A DNA stretch of 64,000 bases from contig NC_068995.1 in assembly GCF_001194135.2 (NCBI RefSeq), positions 44,778,341-44,842,340 on the forward strand, written 5' to 3'. The position numbers and the translations under genes are program-made. The notes below the pieces were generated by a model, which was not told the DNA's origin, made no database searches, and saw only the letters and a program-made list of their open reading frames with translations. This DNA is from Octopus bimaculoides (lineage: Eukaryota). Below, one piece after another: positions 38,224-50,470 of this stretch (within the stretch, counting starts at the first letter, position 1; every line of letters begins with the position of its first letter).

Positions 38224-38268
<45 letters not shown>

Positions 38269-38728
38269 GGTCTTGTACTTGATGTGTCTTTAAACCCTTT
38301 AGCATCGAGACTTTGTCAAATGTATTGCTTATTTATTCACATTGTTTTGAATTAATCACACATATTAGATTGTAGCTTCAAGATGTCAATGGTGTGTTTG
38401 TCTATTTTTACTCTATCAAATGTAATCCTTATATATTTACATTATTTTGAATTACCCCTGCATGGTCTTGTAAGCTTTATCATTTCAATGATGTGACTCT
38501 TTAGGAATGACATTGTTGGGTGGCTGATTTGAACATGAAACAGGAAGAATATTTGGGTCGGACATGGTCAGTTTAATGGCTAATCAGTTTAACAATTGTT
38601 GTTGTAAGAAGTGTAACAACTTCCTCTTAGAACTGTTGTTGTTGTTCCATGGTTCACCTCTCGTTAAGCAATGTTCGTGACTGTTGTTGCCATCATCAGA
38701 TCATTGTTGATATTATTCTCCTCTTTAC

Positions 38729-38963
38729 CAGGACTGTGGAGTCAAAGTAAAAAAACTTTGGACTCCGACTCCTCTACTATTGGCACCTCTGACTCTTCTT
38801 TATGTAATTAGATGATTGTGGTCTGCATATCTCATAAAGCATATGCATGTGCTTCAGATAGGCCTATATGTTATAACTGGTTTATTATATTAAAGAATAA
38901 AGACATTGTGAGTCGGAGTTGGTATTGTTTCCGATGACTCCACAACTCCGACTCCACAGCCCT
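38729..38963. mobile_element. Non-autonomous DNA transposon with GGAGTC-repeat TIRs (hAT-like)
   Basis: CAGGACTGTGGAGTC at the left, GACTCCGACTCCACAGCCCT at the right, subterminal GACTCC repeats; no clear TSD. Confidence 0.7.
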
Positions 38964-39018
38964 ATTTAAACAGTCCTCCCCTTCACATGAATTTAAACTA
39001 TTGCATTTTCACATCTTT

Positions 39019-39240
39019 TTAACCCTTCAGCATTCGCATAATTCTCTCAAATATAATGCTGATTTGTTCACATTGTTCTGAATTAATCATGCATTACTTT
39101 GTAGCTTTGAGATTTTGATGGTGTGATTGTTTATTTTTAGAATCACATTGTAGGGTAGGTGTGAGGGGCCAGTTGTGGCCAGCCTGAACATAGAGCAAGC
39201 AGAATGTTTTAGCTGGATATGGCCAGTTTAAATACTAAAG
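39019..39240 (+). mobile_element. piggyBac-like MITE
   Basis: TTAACCCTTCAGCATT start and colinear body. Confidence 0.8.
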
Positions 39241-39319
39241 GAGTGGTTCCCAACTATTTTTTTTTACCTTCTACTCTACTGGATCCCTGCAGCCATTTGA
39301 TGTTTTAAAAAATCCTATT

Positions 39320-39703
39320 GGTGTGGATGTGTGGTAAGGAGTTTGCTTCCCAACCACATGGTTCCGGGTTCAGTCCCACTGCATGACACCTTGGGCATGT
39401 GTCTTCTTTTATAGCCTCAGGTCGACCAAAGTCTCATGAGTGGAAACTGAAAGAAGCCTGTTGTGTGTGTGTGTGTGTATAGGTCTGTGTGTCTGTTTGC
39501 CCCTCCCCACCATCACTTGACAACTAACATTGGTGTGTTTACGTCCCTGTAACTTAGCAGTTCAGCAAAAGAGACTGATGAAATAAGTACTAGTCTTACA
39601 AAGAGTAAGTCCTGAGGTCAATTTCTTCCACTAAAAAACTCTTTAAGGCAGTGCTCCAGCATGGCTGCAGTCAAATGACTGAAACAAGTAAAAGAGTAAA
39701 AGA
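39320..39703 (+). mobile_element. SINE family A, full length
   Basis: Head, internal (TG)n and the GACTGAAACAAGTAAAAGA tail are all present. Confidence 0.88.
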
Positions 39704-40117
39704 ATTGTATTAAAAAAAAAATTGTTAAAATTGCATTTTATGTATTTGTTTTGCCAGATTCTTGATGTGAAATATTGTTATATTTGGGGACGGTCATTTT
39801 GCCAATAAAGACACGTGCACTGTTTATTTGATCTTCATTTTAGCTTTATTATTAGTTTATTTGTCAGAGTTCTTTCATCTGAGGAGACATAACAAGACCA
39901 GAGAAAAGAGGAGGCATAGAGAAGAACAGATAGATATTGAGGAGGCCACAGAATGTGTGATGACAAATAAACAAATAATAATGATAATGCTGAAATGAAG
40001 ATGAAATAAATGTGTGTATTTGTTGTTAAAATATTTTGTGTATTAAGTATAACCAATATATTTCTCATGATTTTTAACAAGAAAATCTTGTATGGTCCTT
40101 GATTGAAAACCCTTGAT

Positions 40118-40355
40118 TTAAAACATGTCCCCTTCTCACATCTATTTAAACTATTTCCTTATTTAAACTGTCCCCTTCTTGCATCTGTATAAACTGTCCC
40201 CTTCTCTCATGTATTTAAATTGCTCCCCCTGCCTCTTTCATCTATTTATACTGCCAGCACTAGCAACAATTTAAACTCTCCTCTCACAACTTAAACTGTC
40301 CCCTTCATCACCCCCACCTATTTAAACTATGCTGTCCCCTTTACACTGTTAATAA
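40118..40355 (+). repeat. Degenerate minisatellite, core TTTAAACTGTCCCCTT, about 10 units
   Basis: Motif recurs roughly every 20-30 bp. Confidence 0.8.
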
Positions 40356-41994
40356 TTAAACTGGTGATGGTGGTAATCGGGAGGGGAGAGAGGTGGGAGA
40401 GAAATGCTGATAATTTCTAAATGGTGTTTGCCATAATGGAATAAATATCTTTATCATATCTTGTGTCCAAATTGAATTTGTCTCCAAAGAAACTTAACAC
40501 TTAATTAATAAAAAAAAAAAAAAGGAAAATCAGCAACAAAAAAACCCAAAACTATTGAAAAAAAAAACAAGCAGCTGGGGGTAGGGATGAGAGGGAAGTT
40601 GCCCCCCTCCCTCCTCATACTTTTAATTTTTTTTTTAATTTAAAGAAAGAAATAAAAGCAAATGAAGGGAATTGTCCTGGCCGATTTAATTAAGTTTATG
40701 ATGACGAAACATTAATTAGAAACAAAAGAGAAAAAGCAACTTTTTTTTTTTTTAAATTTATTTTCATTTTGCAATATAAAATGTTGGAGGCATTTTGATT
40801 ATACGCTGGTTATCTTTAAAACTGTCAGAATTCTCATTTACCATTTCTACTTACTACTTAGACAAAGATTATTTCATATATATAATTAGACACACACACA
40901 TGCACGCACTCTCACATAGTGTATACATATACACACATATACATGTGTGTGTATATATATATATATATTAGTGTATATTAGTATACATACATGTCTTTTT
41001 CCTCTATTCTTTTCTTATTTATCTGTTTCTTTCACTTCTCACTCTCTTCTTTGCCTCCTCCCTCTCTAATAGTGTTTTTAATGTTCTTTTTAATAAAAAC
41101 TTTCCTAGATTTATCACTAAATCCTCATTTCTCTCTGAGATTCAGTGAAGTGTCCAATTAAATCTGTCTCAATGTTCGCTAAGATATTCCAATGAAACAA
41201 AGTCAACCAGAAAATTGATTAGTTTTTATCATCATTGAATATTTAATTAAATTCTCTCTCATTTTGTGTTTTTCACCTTTCTGTTGCTGTGTCATCTCAG
41301 TTATCCCCACTTTTGGTGTCAGAGGAGAGAACTCAGAAGATGGAGTTGTCATTGCTTTCACTTGTTATTGGGGTCCCTTTAGGGTCCAAGCTTAACATAA
41401 ATAGATAGGCCCTGATGATTATGATGTTGTAGTGGTTGCTTTCTTTCACTTGGTAGTGAGGTCAGCTCAGGTAATGAGATCAACATCAACATTAAAGGCA
41501 AATGGTTGACAATGGAGTGGGGGTGCAGATGGTGCAGTTAACTGTTTGTTGTTGTGAATAATACACTTTATTGACCCCAGTACATAACTGCTACTAACCC
41601 CTGAACAAGAAGAGGTAAAGTTGACTTTGATGTTTTGCAAACAGCTTGCACATGCAAGAGCTCCACATAGCAGAGGCCAGCAAGTGTATGGGGTCATCAG
41701 GATTTGAACTCTGAACATAAGATGTAATGAAATACTGCAAGTCATTAATTATATTCTGCTGCACCACCATCTCTGTCACTCCATCTCTTCCACCATGCTA
41801 CCCATACACATGTAGAAAAAGGCCGGAAGGAGGAAGGGTGGAAGTAGTGTAACTTGTATATCATCCTTAGTATATTATTGTTATTATTGATTTTGTGTGT
41901 GTGTGTGTGTGTAACTATTCTTATCTGACAATTCGTTTACCATTCTCTTGTTTGTCAAGTTTTCTGACTATAAATGCCTCTCACAATATAGAAA

Positions 41995-42225
41995 CATACC
42001 TCATGGCACCAGCAGACAAAATGGAAAAGGCGTTGCCCCTGGAGGATGGTCAGGGAGATGCACTGGAACAGCGACTCTGACTCGCAGGGCCTCGCACTTG
42101 CGGACAGCAATCTCCACCCCAATAGCAGTGAGCAAAGACATGGTCCAAAGGCCAAGAATGTCAGAGGTCTTAACTACCATAGGCTCGACCATAAACCTGT
42201 TGGGGAGCGACTGATACCTTGACAG
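41995..42225 (-). mobile_element. CRE-like non-LTR retrotransposon, restriction-like endonuclease C-terminus (frameshifted)
   Basis: Minus-strand YQSLPNRFMVEPMVVKTSDILG...IG, then ESESLFQCISLTILQG and NAFSIL across two frameshifts. This matches the CRE-type tail KY..L...F.P..VET.G..G.....LFQRIS....GNA. Confidence 0.75.
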
Positions 42226-42726
42226 ATTGATTTCATCAGCTCTTAAACAATGGCTCCAGCAGGATTTGAACTCAAAATATGAAGAAGAGACATTGTTAAC
42301 TAATACAAAGGAGCATTGCTAAAGAGTACAAGAGGGCGTTATCTAAATTTTTTTTTGTTTCCTCACTCACAATATCAAACAGATATGAGACACAGTTCCT
42401 GCTGGATAGGATTTTGTCTATCAGTGGAGAATTTCCTGTGTTGGACTGAGGCAGGTAGAACTATATTGCCTACAAAGAAAGAGAGAGAGAGATAATGTTT
42501 AGGGTAGGATGGGGTAGGAATAATGCCACTGCGAGGAATTATGGACTTACATTCTCTGGATTGATAATTCCTAAGTCCTTTAATCTACCAGCTACTTAAT
42601 ATTATTGATTCAGCTATTGTTGACAGCCAAGCAGTAGCAGAAGTATAGTCAGGCAACAGGGTGTTTGAATTGTCTGTTGTGTTTTCCAACTGTAAGCCAT
42701 TGGTTACTGTGTTTCTTCCAAGTAAG

Positions 42727-43090
42727 CCTGGATTATCATATTAGAAACTGCTCATGGAGGTAAAGTAGCTGAGTTCCTTTCGAGTGTTGGGCTTCACGGA
42801 GACAATGACTGAGACCTTTGGCATTGTGTTGTGCTTGAGAAGAAGACCCCTCAAGGCGAGCAAAATTGCAGTTGTGGCAGGTACCAGTGTCACACAAATT
42901 GGCACCCATGCTGGTGCCATGCAAAAGCACCCATTACTCTCTCAGTGTGGTTGGTGTTAGGAAGAGCATCCACTCATAGAAAACCATGCCAAATAAGACT
43001 GGAGTCTGATGCAGCCTTCTAGTGTGCCAGCCTGGTCAAACTGTCCAACCCATGCCAGCATGGACAACGGATGTTAAATGATGATGATAT
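42727..43090 (+). mobile_element. SINE family C-related element, long form
   Basis: Ends in GTCCAACCCATGCCAGCATGGACAACGGATGTTAAATGATGATGAT, the same tail as family C. Confidence 0.8.
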
Positions 43091-43581
43091 ACATATATAT
43101 ATATATGGGTGTAATGTGTACCATTGCTGCCTGTTTTCACCAGGACAGCTCTTCCTCTCTTTCTTCTTCATTTATTTATCACCCCCCACACAGAGAATAA
43201 GTTGCTTCAATTAAATATTATTAATAGTTTGTATTAAAAAAAATTGTTGAAATGTTTGGTGCCTTGTAGAAAAATAACCAGTTTATTGCATATAAATTTT
43301 TACGACAAAATCTTATAGGGACCCCTAAAAGTCATTTGGACCCTGTTTGAGAACCACTGACTTGGCAGCATCAAAAGCCACATGTCCTGTACATTGTTTA
43401 GCTATGCTAACCTCTACAACAAAGCAGCGTAACTCTTGAACATCTGAAGACTTAAGAAGCCAAGTAGCTATGATGTATATAATGATGTGAAAGACATCCA
43501 AACTAGCGTTCAAACAGGAATAAATGGGAATGAGTAGGAGAACCACCAAGAGTGGTACTAGTAGTATTAATATGGTAAATG

Positions 43582-43629
<48 letters not shown>

Positions 43630-43927
43630 GTTATTAGACAAGAGAAGATAGAAATAACTTGATAAATTCTCATGAAATTTGATTAAAGCTGCAATATATA
43701 ATAGAAAACATGAGGTGTGATGTGTAACACACATGACCTTCCTGTCTGTTTCTCTGACTATTATGCTCCCCCCTCCCCCTCCTCCTCTCTCTCTTTCTCC
43801 CTCTACGTCTCTCTCTTTTTCTCTCTCTCTCTCTTTCTCTCTTTCTCTCTCTCTCTCTCCTGTCTCTCTCTCTCTCCTGTCTCTCTCTCTCTCTCTCCTG
43901 TCTCTTTTCTTTCCTTTCTTTTAATGT

Positions 43928-44388
43928 CTAACTCTTTAGCATTCAGATTATTTTGTCAAATGTAATGCTTATTCATTCTCCTCGTTTCGGATAATCATGT
44001 ATTATCTTGTAGCTTCAAGATTACGATTGTATATTTTTAGACTGTAGAGTAGGTGTTAGTGACAGGATGTGGCTGATTTCAATGTAAAGCAAGTAGAATA
44101 TTTGCGCTGGATATGATCAGTTTGAATACTGAAAGGTTTAATTGTTTTTAAACGACAGTTCTGTTAACTTTCTAACATTTAAACTGGCCATGTCTGGCCC
44201 AAATATCCTGACTATTTTATAATCAAATCGGCCAGATTTGGCCTCTTATACCTACCCTACAATGTCACACTAAAATTAATCACATCGTTGAACTCTGAAA
44301 GCTATCAGATGATGCATGATTAATTAAAAATTTTGTGAATAAACAAGTATTACATTTGCCGGAGTAATCTGAATGCTGAAAGGTTAAA
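43928..44388. mobile_element. Inverted pair of piggyBac-like MITEs
   Basis: A plus copy at 43928-44141 and a minus copy at 44163-44388 of the same family. Confidence 0.8.
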
Positions 44389-44885
44389 CATTGGCTAAAT
44401 ATTTAAGTCTTTGGCTAAATAGCTGGTTTGACTTCGGCTTTGGCTAACTGGCTGTAGTCTTGGATATATTTGTATGTAGCTCATACAGTGGATCCAACTT
44501 AAAACATTGTTCTATTTACCTCAGTCAACTTGGCTGTAAAACAGCTCCCACAATGTAAAGAAAGAATTTTCAGACAAATTGCTTATTCTAGTTTCTTATG
44601 AAAAATTAGGGATGAATGTCAAATGTCAAGAACGAGAGACAAGGCTAGAATCTGCTGGTTTACATTCCCAAATATCTTAGAAAAGTCATGTTTTCTTTTC
44701 ATTGAAGTATTTTAATATTTCTCATTATTGATAATTAACATTAATTATTAATAATAAACTCCTTAAATACCAGCTTGGCTAGAAAATATGTTTGCTACTT
44801 CATGTGGTTGTGGTCTTATTCTTGTTATATGATAGTCTAAGAAGACAGATAAATAACTCTACTCAACTTTGTCATCATAGGTATA

Positions 44886-45270
44886 GGCTTGGATATGTGT
44901 GGTGAGAAGCTTGCTTCCCAACTGCGTGGTTCCAGGTTTAGTCCCATTTGCATGCCACCTTGGGCAAGTGTCTTGCTGACTAAAACCTTGTGAGTAGATT
45001 TTGTAGAAACTGGAAAAAACCTGTTCTATATATAGATGTGTGTGTGTGTGTGTGTATGTGTTTTTGTACATTTATCCCCCACCATTATTTGACAACCAGT
45101 GTTGGTTTGTTTATATCCTTGTAACATCCCTGGGCAAAAAGAGACCAATAGCATAAGTATGAGGCTTTAAAAAATAAACATTGGAGTTGATTTGTATGAC
45201 TAAAAACCTGTTAGAGAGGGCTGCCCCAGCACAGCTGCAGTCCAATGACTGAAACAAGTAAAAGATAAGA
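44886..45270 (+). mobile_element. SINE family A, full length, diverged
   Basis: Colinear similarity to 39320-39703. Confidence 0.82.
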
Positions 45271-46264
45271 CATGTTAGTCAGCTGGCTGGTAAACAGGGA
45301 ACAGCAGTGGATTTTATTTATTTATAACTTGCTGTGTTTATAAGAAAGATCAGTGGCACTGGTTTTTGCAGAGCCTCCAAGACTGGTTGGGAATGCTATT
45401 TACACTGCTGTAAGCTGACCCTTGCAGGGAGGGAATTTCAGAGGGCCAGTGTTCTGAAGAGGAAGAACTTGGCTTAGTTATTAGTGGAGGGTATGGGAGG
45501 AATGGATGGGTGAATCAGTGTGTGTGTGTGTGTGTGTGTGTAAGAGATAGAAAGAGAAAGTATGTTAAACAGGAGGGGAAGAAGAGTATGAAATAAAAAA
45601 TAAAATGAAGCACACAGTGCCTTAAAAAGTTGTATAACTTGGGCATTACGTGTTAAAAGTTTTGAATATTGGTTCTTCATTATTGCAATTTTGGTCCAGT
45701 TTTCATCAGCTAGTCATGTAACAGTTTTCTCAGCTAGTCATGTAACATGATTGGTGGTACATCAGCTCTTGTATTCTGTAAAATGACAATGTTCTTGAGG
45801 TGACTCTTGGCGTTGGTGGCATAGCAACTAACCAGCTTGTAGTGGAGGGCTTTCAACTTGGGGGGGGCCTATGGACAATTTCAAGGAAATGGGTTTGGTG
45901 CCAAAACAGCTATACCCAATAGTTAGTGGTTGTGTGTGTGTGTGTGTGCAGTAGTAGTGGTGGTGGTGGTGGTGGCTGTGTGTTAGTTTTGCTGATAAAA
46001 TATCTGACTTACTTCATTGCCCCTGTCATTGATTAATTAATTACCAATTGAAATAAGCCATTAATTCATGCCCAATTTACACATTACTTAACCAAATAAA
46101 ATATTTTTGTTACTACCACTTCTAAATGCATTATTCCATTTTCTTGACTTGGGTTTGTGAGCACAGATTTACAAATGGGGATGTCCAAATCTGTTGCAGG
46201 CTTGCCGGTACCCAACGAATCTGATTTGGAACAAAAAGACATGCGCATAGAGGCTGCATGGGAA

Positions 46265-46400
46265 GATAGGCTCATCAGGCAGGTACAAGGGGATTTCTTA
46301 AGGGAGTCCTTGTATGTCTTCTTTGGTACTCTTCTAACATGGTGACCAGAAGAGAGTTCACCATACAGTGTGATCTTTGAAAGTTGACGATCCAGGTGAA
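46265..46400 (-). mobile_element. RTE/BovB-like LINE ORF C-terminal fragment
   Basis: Minus-strand DRQLSKITLYGELSSGHHVRRVPKKTYKDSLKKS resembles the RTE motif RLPK..LYGEL..G.R..G.PKKRYKD.LK. Confidence 0.8.
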
Positions 46401-47234
46401 GATGAGTAGTAGAGATTGATGACTAAAGAAGGGTGGGCATGGGTAGATGGAGGGCCAAGAGTGTAATAGTAGGTAGAGGCTGACTGGTTTTGAGCTTTTA
46501 ATTCAAATACTGACTTCAAATTTTGGCACAAGGCCAGCTATTTCAAGGAGGACAGAGTAAGTTTATTACATCAATTCCTGTACTTAACTGACCTCAGAAG
46601 GATGAAAGGCAAAGTCAACCTCAGCAGAATTTGAACCGAGAACATAAAGGCAGAGGAATTGTCATGATGCATTTTGTCTGATGTGTTAACGATCTGCCAG
46701 CTTGCTGCTTTTTAATTAAGATATTGACATGTTTTATGTAAGATGGATTTTAGTGAGGTAGCTTATTTATCTGGCGCCAGGAGGAAGTAGTCTATCTCTT
46801 TGTGGCATCATTGGCTAATATGGCTTGTGAAACCTTTTGAAATATTCTTCTCACTGTTGGTGAGAGACTATATTTAGCTAACCTAAAAATGTTGTTTAGG
46901 CCCTAGTTAGCACTGATCTTAGAAACCTTTGGATCAAAGCATTCCAGCTTTGACCATTGCCACTTCATTTTCAGGTGATGTATCTAGGATCATTATCCAA
47001 ATTGTATCTGTAGGATGGGACGGAAAGGGGTAGTTGAGACAGGAAGGTACTGGTGACCGTCATTCTGTGGAGTGTTTCAGACTTACCATATGCCACTTGA
47101 AGAATTAGAATTGCGAATTGCATGTGAGGAACTTTGTTAGTTAATATCTTATCCTGAGGACATTGGAGGGTTTCTGTTTGGCAGTGGTGGAGGATTTTAA
47201 ACAACCTCCACTATACACAAACTCTTTTTCTCTC

Positions 47235-47287
<53 letters not shown>

Positions 47288-47373
47288 CCTTGTTGCTATG
47301 AGACAACAGATGGAGGTGGGGGGGAAACATAACAAAGACAAACAATAATCTGGGTGGGGGGTCTGAGTTGAAA

Positions 47374-47389
47374 AGGTCAAGAAAGGTCA
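47374..47389 (+). promoter_or_regulatory. Perfect nuclear-receptor DR4 half-site repeat
   Basis: AGGTCA agaa AGGTCA. Confidence 0.35.
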
Positions 47390-49645
47390 GTAAGTGCTTG
47401 TGGTAGAAAGTAAATTGATTAATTAAAAAAAAAAAAGAACTTTCTGAACAGAAATTGAAACATTAAAAAAAAAAAGAGGTTGGGATGGGGCAATGAGGGA
47501 GGGAATGTTTAAATTTGATTCAGATTTGTTCGTTGACTATTTTTACCATGTGATTAGTGAAGAAACCTTAAAATATCATTGAGCAGCCAGTCGGTCTTTA
47601 TGGAGAGGAAATGGATATCAACATGGCTATTTATAGGAGATATTTTTTCCTGGTTGACTTATATTTATACACTGAGTGACATATGTCATTTGCATATATG
47701 GGAGAAATCTACACCACATACACACATATACAGTGTATGCACTTGTACATAAGGTGAAAATCTACACTATGTGCACACACATACACACACACACATTGAT
47801 ATATATGCAAATGCCATATACATACACATATGGTGATAATCTACACCTCTGCCACAGACACATTTATATACACACCATGCACACAAACATACATGCAAAT
47901 ACCATACACACATGCACACTGTCATACATACAAAACATCATCATCATCATCGTCGTCGTTTAACATCCACTTTCCATGTTAGCATAGTTTGGACGATTTG
48001 ACTGAGGACTGGTGAAATGGTGAAACCAGATGACTACACCAGGCTCGTCCTGTGTACTCTTGTGTTACGCTTTAAACTACCTTAACTATGGAATGAAATG
48101 GAAGAAATAACTGAAACTTGAAGATGTATAAATTTATGGTTCAAAATTGGAAAAATGAGAAAATTTATGGAATGTGAAGTTTCCACAAACCCTACTAGTT
48201 CGTATAAAATTCTGGTTTCCTGTATTAATATAACACCTTTCAACCATTTTTCTTCAGTGTTCTCAGCCCATTACTCACCTTTGTCAATTACATATAGGTA
48301 AAGACAACAAGAATATAGTGGCACTTTGTCAAAATTAATTTTGTTATTACTACAACCTTCAAAGCAGCAAGCTGTCAGAATTATTAGCATGCCAGGCAAA
48401 ATGTTTTGTGGTAGTTTGAGTTCAAATTCCAAGTTTGACTTTGTCTTTCATCCTTTTGGGGTCAATACACTAAGTAACAGCTGAGCACTGAGGTCGATGT
48501 AATTGGCATACCTGCTCCCCCAAACTTGCTGGATTCGTTCCAAAATTTGGAACTGTTATTACAATAATCTTCATTACTTCCTTTCATTTGTCTGTTACAT
48601 TCTTTCTTTGTCTTCAGACTGCAATTTGCTTCAAACTATTGTGCAATTTACCTCTGAACCTTTCCGGTTATGAAACTGGACGGAGCTTACATTAACTGAT
48701 CCCTTTTCCATGTCCACGACTGAATCCAGCAAACTGGACACAAACTTGTCCTGGGTGTCACACAATTAAACATTGCCATTACATTACATAATGGAGGGTA
48801 TGAAGTATATTGTTCATTTGCCCCATAGGACTGACTCTCTCTTTGCATCAACAACACCATCTCACTAATATGGCCAAGAAACAGTGTAACTGGACCTCTT
48901 GATGGAGCTGATAGATTTTCCAGTTTGATAAACTACTTATTCTGTGCCACATAAAACTCACCCAGTCCATTCTGTTAAGTAGTTGGCATTAAGAAGGGCA
49001 TCCAGCCATAAAAAAACCCACATCAAAGTAGACCTTGCTAGTACTGGTGCCACGTTAAAAGCACTTAGTCCACTCTGTAAAGTGGCTAGCTTTAGGGAGG
49101 GCATCCAGCCATAAAAACCATGCTTGGCGCAGTCCTCTGGCTTGCCAGCTTCTGTTAAACCATTCAACTCATGCTGTCATGGAAGACAGACGTTAGATGA
49201 TGATGATTTAGAGGCCGAGTATACCAGACACCTGTGCCATTAATGTAATCCACAGCTGTTGTTATAGTGAGGGTGATTGAGTACCCCTCTCCTCATAAAT
49301 CTTTATGAAGTTATGCTTCACTACACATCACTGACTCAGTCATCCATACAGTATATTTTTCACATCACTGCAATCTGCCTCTTCTAGCAATCTCTATGTA
49401 GATGTCAATGACTCTTTCAGTCTCAGATTAGTGAGGGTTGGGAAAAAACTTAAAGCATGTTGTGTATGACGACGACAACAACAACGCCATTGTCATATGA
49501 GAAGTGCAAGGGAGTCCATAATATTCCCACAACACTATATATATATATTAATAGCAGTCACAGAAGTGATGGCGGGTGCTGACTAACACTGCTCATGGTT
49601 CTATTAATTTTGCCTTTAGGTTCTAATTGGTAATAAGCCACCCTT

Positions 49646-49677
<32 letters not shown>

Positions 49678-50329
49678 CTGTATATATTTATTTAGCAGAA
49701 GTAACAGAGTAGCTCAAAGCAAAGAGTTTCATATGTTTGCACTTAGGAAACTGGTTTTAGATCAAGGGGTTGTAACTAGTTTGATAAATGCTAATGCATT
49801 AAGCCCTCAGCCCTTGAGTCACTCTGTTGCTTCTGCTAAAACTTAAACTTATGTTTTGAGTTCTATTTTCCTGTTTGCATCACCAAACCTATACATATAT
49901 ACATATACACACACACACACACATACACACACACTCACTCACTACTCCCCCTCTTCCTCTTCCTCCTCCTGGATTAAAGCTGGTCTTCTTTGTGCTAACA
50001 TAGACGTTGTTAACAAAATTAAATGCTATTAGAAAGAATGTTACTGATTATTATTGTTTTTTGTCATTTCCTATGTTAACCTAACAATCTCTAATAGTTT
50101 TTTCCCCAAGTATACCTGACCCATTACCTACCTTTTGTAAGGTGACAAGAAAATTACAGCAACAGTTTGTCACAATTAGTGCTGCTAATTACTATAATCT
50201 TCACCGCTATTTGTTAGTCTCTTATGTTCTTCCTTTGTCTTCCTACAGCAAGTTATTTCAACAATTCATCTCACTCATTCACTCTGCCTTCTTTCAATTT
50301 GGAGGAGTATCCCTTCCTTGCCGTTTCAT

Positions 50330-50470
50330 TACCATTGAACCTTTTTGTAAACTATTGTCAAACTATTCCATAAAGATACCTCCAAATAATTTTGTAATTT
50401 ACTGCAAAACTCTTTTGCAATTTGCTGCCAAACTGTTCTGTAAGCTGCTACCTAACCGTTCTGTAAGTTA
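50330..50470. repeat. Degenerate 23-bp tandem repeat
   Basis: Minus-strand units TTACAGAACGGTTAGGTAGCAGC / TTACAGAACAGTTTGGCAGCAAA / TTGCAAAAGAGTTTTGCAGTAAA. Confidence 0.75.

Noticed and set aside
41410-41500. CTGATGA as a C/D snoRNA box C or hammerhead core
   Set aside because: No box D, terminal stem or GAAA partner at a suitable distance.
48676-48710. TGGACGGAG...AACTGAT resembling miR-184
   Set aside because: An 8-nt interruption and no precursor-length hairpin; chance similarity.
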